IMG/VR virus record: IMGVR_UViG_3300030372_001977
Coordinates: 19,693-83,692 of that record
Length of the DNA stretch: 64,000 nucleotides
Origin: a virus
Lineage: Duplodnaviria; Caudoviricetes
Direction: 5' to 3' (one strand)
The position numbers were made by a program, and so were the translations under genes. The notes under the pieces were generated by a model. That model had not been told where the DNA came from and made no database searches. It saw nothing but the letters and a program-made list of their open reading frames with translations. Shown here piece after piece: positions 1 through 10,065 of this stretch (the first letter of the stretch is position 1; every line of letters begins with the position of its first letter).

Positions 1-25
1 TTGATGCATATTTACTATGTTCATA

Positions 26-838
26 TTATACTAAAGATAATTCTTTAAGTTTTGCTCTTAATATTGTTAATTTACTAGAGTTCTTTTTATCTTTTAAATG
101 AATAATAGTATCTTCTAATGTATCTCCTAGAATTTCATCCATAAATACTACCTGGTTTCCAATTCTCCTAAGAACACCTGCTGATACCATTTCTTCAAGT
201 TCTGATTTTAACTCTAAATTTTTATCTGTAGCTATAGTAAAGAATTTTTTAGGATTTTTATTCTTAAGTTCATATAAAGAATTTTCAACTTGCTCTGTAG
301 TCAATCTATCAGGATTTATGTTAGACATAAGTCTTAATATTCTCTTCATAGATTTTTCATTAGAAGATACTTTGATAAATTCTTTGTCAGCATCTTTTCT
401 AACCTGAATAGTATTATTTCTAACTTTATCATCTCTTGTAAGATCCTGAATATAAAATCTTTTACTTTGATCTCTATCCATTTCTTCTTTAGTTAATGCT
501 ACTTGTGGGTGTTTTAAAGCAAAATTATATTTAATGAAGTCCATTACTTGTATTGGCTCATCATTACTATCTAATCCTACTTCAAGTTCAATCCCAGTCC
601 ATCCTACGGGAATTGTTAGGTTTGTCCAAAATTCTTTTGTATGTTTAGGCCATTCTACATGGTCCGGAGACACATCTACTTGCTCTCTTAAATACTTTTT
701 TTCTTCCTCACCTGTAAATCCTCTTAGTGGTTGCCTGTCAACATAAACACTGCTCAGTTTGTAAACTGCTTCAGCTCTTACTGCCTTCGGCAAATGATTT
801 AACACTTCTTGTTGTCTTAATGTTACTTTTTTACTCAT
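26..838 (-). CDS. Conserved crAss-like virion/assembly protein immediately downstream of MCP
   Basis: 270 aa ORF at the syntenic position after MCP; no catalytic motif recognised. Confidence 0.55.
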   Translation of the reverse strand: MSKKVTLRQQEVLNHLPKAVRAEAVYKLSSVYVDRQPLRGFTGEEEKKYLREQVDVSPDHVEWPKHTKEFWTNLTIPVGWTGIELEVGLDSNDEPIQVMDFIKYNFALKHPQVALTKEEMDRDQSKRFYIQDLTRDDKVRNNTIQVRKDADKEFIKVSSNEKSMKRILRLMSNINPDRLTTEQVENSLYELKNKNPKKFFTIATDKNLELKSELEEMVSAGVLRRIGNQVVFMDEILGDTLEDTIIHLKDKKNSSKLTILRAKLKELSLV

Positions 839-910
839 AATATAGTTCTTTTAAAGTTTTAGTTAGTGGGTGTAAAGAATAACTCCCCGGATATATAATT
901 AATTAAAGTA

Positions 911-930
911 GTGGGGGATTGCTCCCCCAC
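911..930 (-). terminator. Intrinsic terminator/attenuator hairpin after MCP
   Basis: Minus strand GTGGGGGA-GCAA-TCCCCCAC (8 bp stem, GNRA loop) followed by TACTTTAATT, 70 nt after the MCP stop. Confidence 0.7.
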
Positions 931-999
931 AACCTTAATCAAAAACCAATATATAGACGCAAATTAATGCCAATGTTATACTACTACTGTTTTAACTTA

Positions 1000-2472
1000 T
1001 TAACAAGTTGAAGCAGAAGCAGTAGAAGCTACACATGTAATATCAATTGAAGTATCAAATCTCTTAAGAGCGATACCTGCAGTTTTTAACATATGTACGC
1101 TTGCACCGTCAACATCAGATGCTCTAGATGAAGTTGCATCAAATCCTCTAGGGACTACTGATCCAGCTACACACCATCTCATAGACTCACGACCTTTCTT
1201 AGAGATCATTTGTAAGTTATTTTGACCATCATAATTTGATTGGTCAACAAATACCATTCTATAAGACTCTAACGAGTATCCAGTGTCTGGGTGTTTTGCA
1301 CGAGCTTGAGCAACAGCACCATGGTCAAATAATGGTAATTTTACCACATTAACCATATGGCCATCAACATGCTCATACGAGTTAAAGTATCCAGTTAATC
1401 CTAATGATCTACCAGATCCAGTTACAAATTTACTTTGGTCAATTACTTTCCAAGTGTTACCTGAGAAATGGTTTTTAAGTGCCTCATCAAATTCACGAGC
1501 ACCTCCCGTACCAGTGTACAGAGTTACTTGTTTTTGAGTTGCATCAGTCATTCCGTAGAATAAGTCACCAATAATATTCTTAAGTTTACACTCAGTCATT
1601 GTAGAGTAAGTATCTTTGTTTACTATTTGTTGTAGAAGTCCAGGACCTATGATTACTGGCTGACCATTCTCATCCTTCATGTAAGTCAATCCATTTGCAT
1701 CATAAGTTTTTTCTCCGTACCAGTAATAATTTTCACACTCTTCTTTAAAGTCAAGCATGTGTAAATACTCTTCGTAGTCCATCCAAAGTTTAGTAGTAGA
1801 ACCTCCTTTAGTAGGTAAAGAAAACTCAGCTACATAATCTTTAGCATGCCCAGACATGTGGTAAGATTTTCTTACAGTTGTAAGTTTATTTCTTACTAAT
1901 CCTGGAGCTTGCCAGTTTGAAGCGTTACCTCTAGAGAAGTCTGTTCCAACTGGTGCATATAATTGCCCCCATATAGCTCCCGGTAAACAGTCTGATGCTG
2001 CTACAACCGCTGCTGCATTTGGGTCTACGATTTGTACTGTATATTCCCAATCTGTACCTGAAGCTGCCATTTCTGGTTCTTTCATGATACGCACTTGAGT
2101 ACCTGATTGAGATACTAAAACGTATGGGAAAATAAAATATTTGTCAGGAAAAGTCAATAAAAAAGTTGCTCCTCCAATACCTATTGCTGCCCCTGTTGGG
2201 CCTGCTGCTGATAACGGTCTCGTTCTCAATTTATGTGTTGCCACACGATACTCATATTCTAACCTGTCAATAGATTTTACATTACCAACACCTTCCGTTA
2301 AGAACGATAGAGGGAATCGTTTATCATCTTTACCTGCTAAATGAGTTATGATTGGAGACAGTTCAGCTGGTTTTGATAGCATAGCATTTGCTAAGCTATT
2401 CATATCAGTCATTTGTGAATCATTGTAGAATGTTTTTACAACGCTGATATTCGATCCTGTTGTTACTGCCAT
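1000..2472 (-). CDS. Major capsid protein (crAss-like, HK97 fold)
   Basis: 490 aa; size and position after portal and acidic scaffold-like gene; followed by a strong hairpin; sequence style of crAss MCPs (e.g. TGTGGAREFDEAL). Confidence 0.85.
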   Translation of the reverse strand: MAVTTGSNISVVKTFYNDSQMTDMNSLANAMLSKPAELSPIITHLAGKDDKRFPLSFLTEGVGNVKSIDRLEYEYRVATHKLRTRPLSAAGPTGAAIGIGGATFLLTFPDKYFIFPYVLVSQSGTQVRIMKEPEMAASGTDWEYTVQIVDPNAAAVVAASDCLPGAIWGQLYAPVGTDFSRGNASNWQAPGLVRNKLTTVRKSYHMSGHAKDYVAEFSLPTKGGSTTKLWMDYEEYLHMLDFKEECENYYWYGEKTYDANGLTYMKDENGQPVIIGPGLLQQIVNKDTYSTMTECKLKNIIGDLFYGMTDATQKQVTLYTGTGGAREFDEALKNHFSGNTWKVIDQSKFVTGSGRSLGLTGYFNSYEHVDGHMVNVVKLPLFDHGAVAQARAKHPDTGYSLESYRMVFVDQSNYDGQNNLQMISKKGRESMRWCVAGSVVPRGFDATSSRASDVDGASVHMLKTAGIALKRFDTSIDITCVASTASASTC

Positions 2473-2519
2473 TTTAATTTATTTTTGTAGGGTACCTATT
2501 TCCCTGTTAAGGTATGCTT

Positions 2520-3596
2520 TTATAACGATAGATCTAAATTATCTAAATCTATATTTTTACTTTTTCTTGTTGCTCTACGAGCACTTTTAACTTTTTCTTC
2601 ATTTTTAGAGATCTTGTCTCTTAATGATTTTGTAGCTTTAGTAGTTGCCTTTTTATTAATAATACTATTTAAGTCAAATCCTTTATACATTAAATAGTCA
2701 ATAGCTAATTTAACTTCCATATTAGCTTCTGCATGATCTACATCACGTTGAGTATAACCATTTTGGTTTACAGGCTTAGAAAGGTAGTCAAAGAATTTTG
2801 ACTTTTCTTTTTCAGGGACTTGTAACCCAGCAAATTCTTTAGATTCTTGAATAGTTTCAGCAACATCACTCCAAAAATTTTCTTGTTGTTCTTGCTGTTT
2901 CTGCATTTCTTGTCTTTGCTTTGATAACAATTGTTCTTTTCTTTGTGCCTGTACTTTACCTAAAGCTTGTCTTGCTTGATCTGCTTTACCATGTAATTTA
3001 CCTGCATCTTCATAATCTTCAAGCATTTCTTTTATAAAAGCTTTATCATGACCTTTTTGTGTAAAGTATTCTGATAAAATAGCTTTTTGATTACGAATAT
3101 CATCTTGTGCAATCTCCATGTTATTAAAATCTAAATTAGGATCGTTAACTTTCATAAAGTTTTGTGATTCTCCTCCAGCTAAAACATATTCTAAATGTTG
3201 CTTAACTAACGGAAAAGATTTTAAAACCTCATCAATCCTATCATCTGCCATTTTAGATGCTATTTCTTTAGTCATATCAGCCAATCCATCTGCAGTATCT
3301 TCATACTCTTCATCAGCTTCATATCCTAATTTTTCTAAAATTTCTGAAACAACTGTGTCAGAAACTTCTTCTTCAACATCTTCTTCCTCAACCTCTTCTT
3401 CAGGCTCTTCTACTTGTTCATCTTCTACCTTATCCTCAATTTCTTCTAATTCAGGGGTAGATTCTTCTTTTACTACTTCTTCTTTTTCAACCGGAGCTTC
3501 TACTTCAGCAGTAGCTTCCGGCACTTTCATGCCATCACCTGCGATTACATCATCAAAAGTAATGTCATCTAATTGTATTTTATCATTTGGGTCCAT
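2520..3596 (-). CDS. Scaffold-like/conserved head protein upstream of MCP
   Basis: 358 aa, very acidic low-complexity N-terminus, coiled-coil middle, basic C-terminus; conserved crAss position between portal and MCP. Confidence 0.6.
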   Translation of the reverse strand: MDPNDKIQLDDITFDDVIAGDGMKVPEATAEVEAPVEKEEVVKEESTPELEEIEDKVEDEQVEEPEEEVEEEDVEEEVSDTVVSEILEKLGYEADEEYEDTADGLADMTKEIASKMADDRIDEVLKSFPLVKQHLEYVLAGGESQNFMKVNDPNLDFNNMEIAQDDIRNQKAILSEYFTQKGHDKAFIKEMLEDYEDAGKLHGKADQARQALGKVQAQRKEQLLSKQRQEMQKQQEQQENFWSDVAETIQESKEFAGLQVPEKEKSKFFDYLSKPVNQNGYTQRDVDHAEANMEVKLAIDYLMYKGFDLNSIINKKATTKATKSLRDKISKNEEKVKSARRATRKSKNIDLDNLDLSL

Positions 3597-3616
3597 TATA
3601 TATTGTTTTTAATTTA

Positions 3617-3624
3617 CAAATTTA
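3617..3624 (-). promoter_or_regulatory. Bacteroidota-type -7 promoter element
   Basis: TAAATTTG (TAnnTTTG) on the minus strand 20 nt upstream of the scaffold-like start; no clear -33 element. Confidence 0.45.
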
Positions 3625-3691
3625 CTAATTATATTGATATTTTTTATAAATGTTTTATTTTTTGGTTTTCTATTATTATATAACACTTAGC

Positions 3692-4627
3692 TTATTTTTT
3701 AACAGCGTTTCTATAATCTTTCATATACTCTTCAACTGATTTATTTTTTCCTGGTGGTGTATACACCTTACCTTCTCTTCGAGCTGCAAAATATTTTCTA
3801 GCTCCTTCTCTCCCTATATAATTTGATAATGCTGCTAGTTCATTGTCAGTAAAATCAGTTGCTAAGTCTTTATAATCTTTCCTTAATTTTTTAATATTAC
3901 TCTGTAGTCCTGGAACATCTTTAATCTCACCTCTCCAACGCATATCAAAAATTTGATTTTGTAAAGTAGTGTCTGATGCAAAAGAATCTCTACTTACACC
4001 TTCCATTATAGGTAATTTTTTTATCTCTGAGTATAACTGCCCATAAAATCCAGTAGCACTAGTTTCAGGGTTTTTCATAAGAACTCCGTTACTACTCTCT
4101 ACAAATCTTACTCCTTTTTTAAGTTCCCATGGCGCTCCTTTTTCTCTACGACCTTGTGGAAATTGTGGGGGCATGTATGGTGTAGGATTAATATCATCAG
4201 GATTAAACCCACCTTTTTGATAAGCAGCTGGTGATTCTATTACTGTTCCTCTTGATGGACCAGTTGGTAAATCTTGTATTCCTGGAGGTACATTTTGATA
4301 GCTTTCTACTAAATGACCTTGATCATCTATTTTATCTATATTAATAGGTGCTTTCATCCCAACTGTGTTAAAAGATTGGTTAGGTTGTACATTAGGGAAA
4401 GCCATACTAGCTTGAGTGTTCCCCATAGCATGTTGTTCTCGTAACCCTACCTCTTGTTCTTGCGGTGTATTAGCAACTTGCATTTGTTGTTGCTCTTGCT
4501 GCATTTGATATTGCTCAATCAAATCTACTCCTTGATCTGCAGCCTGAAATACCTCAGTAATACCACCTGGGTATCCTGTAGCTCTAACTCTGTTTAGTAA
4601 TTCCCTCCTAACTTCGTTTGTTGGCAT
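3692..4627 (-). CDS. Putative virion cargo protein with C-terminal lysozyme/lytic-transglycosylase-like domain
   Basis: Gln-rich N-terminal region ending at YQKGG; then FVESSNG...NPETSATGFYGQL, resembling the catalytic Glu-Ser plus A-x-G motifs of lysozyme-like folds; Cys-free. Confidence 0.5.
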   Translation of the reverse strand: MPTNEVRRELLNRVRATGYPGGITEVFQAADQGVDLIEQYQMQQEQQQMQVANTPQEQEVGLREQHAMGNTQASMAFPNVQPNQSFNTVGMKAPINIDKIDDQGHLVESYQNVPPGIQDLPTGPSRGTVIESPAAYQKGGFNPDDINPTPYMPPQFPQGRREKGAPWELKKGVRFVESSNGVLMKNPETSATGFYGQLYSEIKKLPIMEGVSRDSFASDTTLQNQIFDMRWRGEIKDVPGLQSNIKKLRKDYKDLATDFTDNELAALSNYIGREGARKYFAARREGKVYTPPGKNKSVEEYMKDYRNAVKK

Positions 4628-6914
4628 TCTTATCAGCTATTTCTTTTCTGTTTTTACTGTCCTCTCTTTTAACTTCGTGTAACTCTCTTGTAAGATTTTC
4701 TGTAGCTTGATTACCCCTAGATTTTTCATCTAATTCTTTTTGTCTTACTTCAAGCTCTCTTTCTTTTATCTCAAAATCTCTAACCATCTTCTCAAGATTT
4801 AAAGTATGTCCTTCAGTATCTTTTTTAGATTCTGCAGATATTAATGCAATCTCAATATCTTTCTGTCTGTCTTTTTCTCTTTCAAGATTTTCAGCTTCTT
4901 GTTGCATTTGTGCAGCTTGCATCTGCTGTTGTTGCATTTGTTGTTCTGCTTCACTTTGAGCTTGTTCTAATTGCTCTTGAACTCTATCAGCTTTCTTAAG
5001 ATTCTTTTTAATTTCTATAAAACTTTCAGAATCTAACATCTGTGCTATATCCCCCATCTTAGCTCCACCTTGAACCATAGCTTGTGTCAATCCTTTAATG
5101 TTTTGTAACTTCTCTTGATCTTTACCTGCATCAGAAACAAATATCCCATAATTAGATTCCATATGTTGCATACTATCTATATCTAAAAAGTCTTGTGTAC
5201 CATCAGGCATTACATACATTGATTTCTTGCCTGTTAACCATGCTTCTTTAGAATACTCAAGTAAAGCTTGGAAATCTCTTTGCTCCATTCTTTCAAACTT
5301 TCTAAATAAATCTTCTGTAATATGTGATGATTGTAATATAGCTTGTTGTGAAGATGCTTTACCTTCGTATGCACCAATTTCACCTTGTCTTTGTCTACTA
5401 ACCCCAGATATTTTTTCCCATTCAACTAATATAGATTCTAATAAAGAAATATACTGCCCAATAGTTTTTATAGACATGTCAAGTACTGATTGATGCTGTG
5501 GATTTAGCTGTATACCTTCTTTATTGTAGTCCACCCAAGCAATACCTGTACCCTCTACATAATACATAAACTTATCCATGTCCCATTTCTTAGGTATCAT
5601 ATTTATATCAAACTGTGCAATAATATCTTTACTCCTAGCTATTGCAAGTTCTAATCTATACTTGTATATGTTGTAGTTTAACTGATAAGGTATACCAAGT
5701 TTTACTAAAGATATATTTTTTGCATTAGTATTAGAATATCTTCTCCCGTTAATAGGTAATTTACATTTAGAAGGGTTATCTAAAGATAATCTTTGGTTTA
5801 CAATAGGGTTTATATTTATATAAAATCTCCCATCTATTCTTGTACCTTCCCAAACTTCATTAACCCATTTCCAAGTTAGTCTAGCCCCTTGTTCTTTCAT
5901 TTCCATAGGTAATCTAAATCCATCTGCAACTTCTTGCTCTTCTACCGTTCCTGTTTCAGGGTCTAAGTAAGTTAAAAATCCTATTCTTTTTCTAGATTTC
6001 CAGTAAACATTAGTTACTTCAATTAATCTATTTCTAAAAGCATTTGCATCTTTACCTGTAGAGTTTGCATATAAAAATGAAACATCATTCTCTGAATGTT
6101 GCGGATCTTCAAGCTCTAATACCTGCTGTTCTGATAAACTTTCATAATATGCGTCAACTACAGTAGATGCGTGTACGTATTTTCTTACTAGAGCCCAATC
6201 ACCATCTTCTACAAACTCTAAGTCTGGGTCAAGGTCATAGTCTACATCTAAAGGATTTAATATTTCATAAAATGGTTCTGAATTTCTAACTCCTCTGTGT
6301 GTATACACTTCTCCAGATACTAAATAGTGAAACCAAGCTTTTTGTATTTTATCATACACTTCTTGATCTTGCATTATATAGTTCATAGCCTTTTGTCCTA
6401 GTATAGCTCTTTGATCTACATATGTTTCTTCAAACATTTCTGCAATATGTTGAGGTAATTCTATTTCTTGTTCAGGATCTACCCCCACATCTTGTCCTTG
6501 TCTTTGAACTGCTTGTAAAAAATGTTGTTGTAAATTTTTAAATATTAATTCTTTTTTGCTTTCCTCCTTGATAGCAATACTATCAGAATTTTGTACTGTA
6601 ACAGTGTAATTGAGAGGCCTCTTAGATTTTTCCCCTAGAAGAAGATCAATTATGGGTTTGATTATAGGGTAATTACGCATTTCGGAAGGGAAGTTTTTAC
6701 GGCTTTTACCGTAAGGTTTTAATACATAATTGTAATCGCCTTCATCAATTACACCGTTATAGTAATCATATAAAATGTTAAGATCATCTTTCTTTTGAGA
6801 GTATCCTGCTCCTGAGTTAGAAAGATTAATAAATGCTTCTACACATTCTTCTCTCCATTTTTTATCTTTTTTAGTTATAGACAGTTTTTGTCTTGGTAAT
6901 TTAGTGTATCCCAT
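4608..6914 (-). CDS. Portal protein
   Basis: 768 aa downstream of terminase; crAss portal-like N-terminus (KW..C), coiled-coil Gln-rich C-terminus. Confidence 0.85.
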   Translation of the reverse strand: MGYTKLPRQKLSITKKDKKWREECVEAFINLSNSGAGYSQKKDDLNILYDYYNGVIDEGDYNYVLKPYGKSRKNFPSEMRNYPIIKPIIDLLLGEKSKRPLNYTVTVQNSDSIAIKEESKKELIFKNLQQHFLQAVQRQGQDVGVDPEQEIELPQHIAEMFEETYVDQRAILGQKAMNYIMQDQEVYDKIQKAWFHYLVSGEVYTHRGVRNSEPFYEILNPLDVDYDLDPDLEFVEDGDWALVRKYVHASTVVDAYYESLSEQQVLELEDPQHSENDVSFLYANSTGKDANAFRNRLIEVTNVYWKSRKRIGFLTYLDPETGTVEEQEVADGFRLPMEMKEQGARLTWKWVNEVWEGTRIDGRFYININPIVNQRLSLDNPSKCKLPINGRRYSNTNAKNISLVKLGIPYQLNYNIYKYRLELAIARSKDIIAQFDINMIPKKWDMDKFMYYVEGTGIAWVDYNKEGIQLNPQHQSVLDMSIKTIGQYISLLESILVEWEKISGVSRQRQGEIGAYEGKASSQQAILQSSHITEDLFRKFERMEQRDFQALLEYSKEAWLTGKKSMYVMPDGTQDFLDIDSMQHMESNYGIFVSDAGKDQEKLQNIKGLTQAMVQGGAKMGDIAQMLDSESFIEIKKNLKKADRVQEQLEQAQSEAEQQMQQQQMQAAQMQQEAENLEREKDRQKDIEIALISAESKKDTEGHTLNLEKMVRDFEIKERELEVRQKELDEKSRGNQATENLTRELHEVKREDSKNRKEIADKNANKRS

Positions 6915-6920
6915 AATCTA

Positions 6921-6928
6921 CAAAAATA
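6921..6928 (-). promoter_or_regulatory. Bacteroidota-type -7 promoter element upstream of portal
   Basis: TATTTTTG on the minus strand 6 nt upstream of the portal ATG. Confidence 0.45.
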
Positions 6929-6991
6929 ATAAATATTTGTTCTTAATATTAGCCCTAATTACATTTTTAATTAGACATTATAAATATATCA

Positions 6992-7348
6992 CTACAGATA
7001 GTTACATATATCGTATAAACTATATTTAAGAGTTAATTCTTTACCTTCCTCTACTCTTTTTATAGTTTTTAACTTTTTATAATCTGTATTCTCATCATCC
7101 TCAACCAATTCACAATTAGCATCTTCAGAATGATTTATAAATCCTCCTAATGGTGTTCTAATATAATCGTGTTGAAAATTTGGGTCATAAACATGACTTA
7201 TACCTATAACTACCTCTCCCGGAATATCTTCTTTCGCTATGATCCCTACTCCATGAATTTCTGACGGACCTATTGTTAAGTATTCTGGTAGAGGGTTATA
7301 AGGTTCTTTTTCTTTACATTTTTCCATATTAATAATAATTTTGATCAA
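6992..7348 (-). CDS. SET-domain protein lysine methyltransferase (minimal, vSET-like)
   Basis: SET motifs SEIHGVGIIA (GxG), GFINHSEDANC (NHS..N) and GKELTLKY (ELxxxY, catalytic Tyr); likely start at ATG 7327 just after the terminase stop. Confidence 0.85.
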   Translation of the reverse strand: MIKIIINMEKCKEKEPYNPLPEYLTIGPSEIHGVGIIAKEDIPGEVVIGISHVYDPNFQHDYIRTPLGGFINHSEDANCELVEDDENTDYKKLKTIKRVEEGKELTLKYSLYDICNYL

Positions 7349-9299
7349 ACCATTTATCGGATGATCTGTCTTCTAGTATATCTTTAACTTCTGCATTATA
7401 CAATTCTCTAGTGTGATACATTCCAATCATTAACGACATTACTCGGTCAAAGTTACCTTTGTGATTAAATTTTATCAACTCTAATAATAAAGCAGGATCG
7501 TATATTTTATGCAAATTTAATAATTGTTTTCCATCTTCTTCTGTTCTCCTTACAGTATTTAGCCAATCTCTGATATATATCTCACCTTGCCTTTTCCTAG
7601 CTTCAGTCATATGCATACCATATTGTCTTTTTACTGTTCTACTTCTAAGTTCTCTTTTATCTAACATCTCAAACTCTTCTTGTAACTTGTGTAACTTCCT
7701 AAATCTTTTTGCGTAAGCTATTACCTCACCACGATCATTTTCAAACCCTATTTTACACCCATAGTAATCTGCAAGTAAGAATAAATTTCTATTATAATCA
7801 TCTTGAGTCTTAGGCCTACCTACATATGATGCTACAATAATATCGTCTGGTTGTGATAAATTATTAGGTCTTTTTAAAACATATGCAGAGCCTAAAGATG
7901 TAGAATCTGCAGATTGATTTTGACCATAAGGGTCATGACAAATAACATACATATTCATAGGTACTTGTCCTTTTTGATTTCTGTAAGGAGTTTCATATAT
8001 AACTACCGCCCCTGTCTTATCATCATCTTTTCTATGTGGAAATTTTATAATTTGTTTTAAATCTCCATCTAAAGTAAATTTAACACCACCTTTTACATCT
8101 TGGTGTAGTCTACCAACTGTCCCCATAGACTGTAGACCTCTTGCCTTAACAATATTATACTGTTCTTGCAAAGTGGCTATGTCAAATAAATTAGAAGTAA
8201 TTTGTAGTGTAGCTTCTTGAGGAGAAAAAGGGTGCTCAGCTATATATTGGTCTAATGATTTTGCATCTGCAGCACCTTTCTTCTTTTCCCTCATTTCTGT
8301 TTCATACTCTATTGCTTTTTGCTCTTCAGAGTTACCTTCATCGTCTATAAATCCATCTAAGTTTTTTTGTATAGGAATAAAATACCCACACTTAGTTCCT
8401 GTAGCTCCTTCGTCCCAAATATTTTCATATTCCATACAATCATATGCTGCAGGGTTATAAAATATCTCTTCCATAGCCTCAAAGTCTGATCCCTCAGTAC
8501 CACCCGTACCAAATGCTATCATCATCCCCAAAGTTTTACTACCTTGCCTCATTGTAGGCATTGTTACCTCCCATGCTTTTAATAATCCTGGGAAAGATCC
8601 TGCCTCTTCAAAAAATACTAGCTCCCCTGCTTTACCCCTTACTTTATCTGGGTTATCTTTTAAACTTACCCCTAGTATTTGTGACTTCATCCCCATTTCG
8701 ATCTCTAATCCATTAACCTTCTTTTTATATCCTGACATTTTATGCATTTCTCTATCCCTTAGTCTAGGTTGAGACCATGCAGTATGATCATCTATAAATG
8801 ATAGAAATTCCCACGCTTTAGATAATAGTCCATCACCAATTAAATATTCTTTTTGTCCAGCAAATACAAAGTTTTTAGAATTTTTTACAAAAAAGTAATT
8901 ACGTGCAAGCATAGATCCAGCTTTATAAGAATATCCCTTACGTCTTGCTTTTAAAACAATCATATGTTTATTATCTGCCCTAGCTTTATCTATTTCTTGA
9001 TAGTATTCCCAATCACCATCATAAAATCTAGGAAATGTACGCTCACGTCTAGCTTGTATACTACCATCAGGTAATTCTTCATCTACAGCTCTATCAATAG
9101 GACAATAGTTTAAATAAAAATAGTGAAATCCTGTAATGTGTAATTCATCTATAGTATATCCATATAAACAGCGATTTTTTTCTTCATCCCAAAAGTCATA
9201 ATATTCTTTTGTACCTGGAAGTGCAGGTGTGTAATATCCATTATTTAAAAAAGATACTGCTGCTGGTCTAATTCTATCTATATTTTTAAATCTTGACAT
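7329..9299 (-). CDS. terL: Terminase large subunit
   Basis: ATPase motifs VLKARRKGYS and VFFEEAG; RNase H-like nuclease motifs VICHDPYG and NFDRVMSL; adjacent to portal. Confidence 0.92.
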   Translation of the reverse strand: MSRFKNIDRIRPAAVSFLNNGYYTPALPGTKEYYDFWDEEKNRCLYGYTIDELHITGFHYFYLNYCPIDRAVDEELPDGSIQARRERTFPRFYDGDWEYYQEIDKARADNKHMIVLKARRKGYSYKAGSMLARNYFFVKNSKNFVFAGQKEYLIGDGLLSKAWEFLSFIDDHTAWSQPRLRDREMHKMSGYKKKVNGLEIEMGMKSQILGVSLKDNPDKVRGKAGELVFFEEAGSFPGLLKAWEVTMPTMRQGSKTLGMMIAFGTGGTEGSDFEAMEEIFYNPAAYDCMEYENIWDEGATGTKCGYFIPIQKNLDGFIDDEGNSEEQKAIEYETEMREKKKGAADAKSLDQYIAEHPFSPQEATLQITSNLFDIATLQEQYNIVKARGLQSMGTVGRLHQDVKGGVKFTLDGDLKQIIKFPHRKDDDKTGAVVIYETPYRNQKGQVPMNMYVICHDPYGQNQSADSTSLGSAYVLKRPNNLSQPDDIIVASYVGRPKTQDDYNRNLFLLADYYGCKIGFENDRGEVIAYAKRFRKLHKLQEEFEMLDKRELRSRTVKRQYGMHMTEARKRQGEIYIRDWLNTVRRTEEDGKQLLNLHKIYDPALLLELIKFNHKGNFDRVMSLMIGMYHTRELYNAEVKDILEDRSSDKWFDQNYY

Positions 9300-9550
9300 T
9301 TCTCTTTTATCTTAACTAATTCAGCACACTTTTCATACTCTTCTATACTTACAAAATACTCAACAACAATATCTATTATATCATCACTCCTACCATCCTC
9401 TGCTATAGGATCAAATGGTAGAGGAAAATCATTTATTGTGTCATCTTCTAAAGCATAGTAAATATCATCTAAAGTTTTCCTCTTAGTTATAAGATCGTAA
9501 GCGTTAACCATTGCCCGATTATAAAGTTCTAAGTCTTCTAAAAATTCCAT
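9278..9550 (-). CDS. Hypothetical protein with UVR-like C-terminal helix pair
   Basis: 90 aa; EYFVSIEEYEKCAELVKIK resembles the UvrB/UvrC (UVR) motif. Confidence 0.4.
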   Translation of the reverse strand: MEFLEDLELYNRAMVNAYDLITKRKTLDDIYYALEDDTINDFPLPFDPIAEDGRSDDIIDIVVEYFVSIEEYEKCAELVKIKEKCQDLKI

Positions 9551-10065
9551 TACATACTATATTTGTTTACTTCAATGCCCCCTCTGTTTGTATTAGCAGC
9601 TTGCTCTTCTTTTTTAACTATCTCTTCTAATCTTGATAAACCATCAACAACTTTCCCCATATTAGACAGATTAGCTATTAAATCTTTAGCATGAAATATA
9701 GGCTTACCATGGTCATCCATTAAATGTAAGTCTATATCTCTAAAATATTTTTCTAACTTTACTATTGACTCTCTAGCAGCTTTTAATAATCTTACTGCTG
9801 ATGTCTCTATTAAAGTTTCGTACTTTTTACACCCTCCTAATACTTTTTCCGAAGGTTTCCATTTACTTTTTTCTCCAAATATACTATTTTTTACTTCAAT
9901 TGTACGCTGCTCTCTATCATATACTGCAAATGGACTTTTATGATCTTCCATAAAATATATAAAAGCCAGCTCTTCAGCATTTAAAGTTTTTAACTGTATT
10001 ATAGTTTTACAGTATGGGCTAGGTACCGCTTTATTATCTTGTATGTGTATTAAATCTTCTCTCAT
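9550..10065 (-). CDS. Conserved helical protein, candidate terminase small subunit
   Basis: 171 aa, helical, two genes upstream of terL; assignment mainly positional. Confidence 0.4.
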   Translation of the reverse strand: MREDLIHIQDNKAVPSPYCKTIIQLKTLNAEELAFIYFMEDHKSPFAVYDREQRTIEVKNSIFGEKSKWKPSEKVLGGCKKYETLIETSAVRLLKAARESIVKLEKYFRDIDLHLMDDHGKPIFHAKDLIANLSNMGKVVDGLSRLEEIVKKEEQAANTNRGGIEVNKYSM

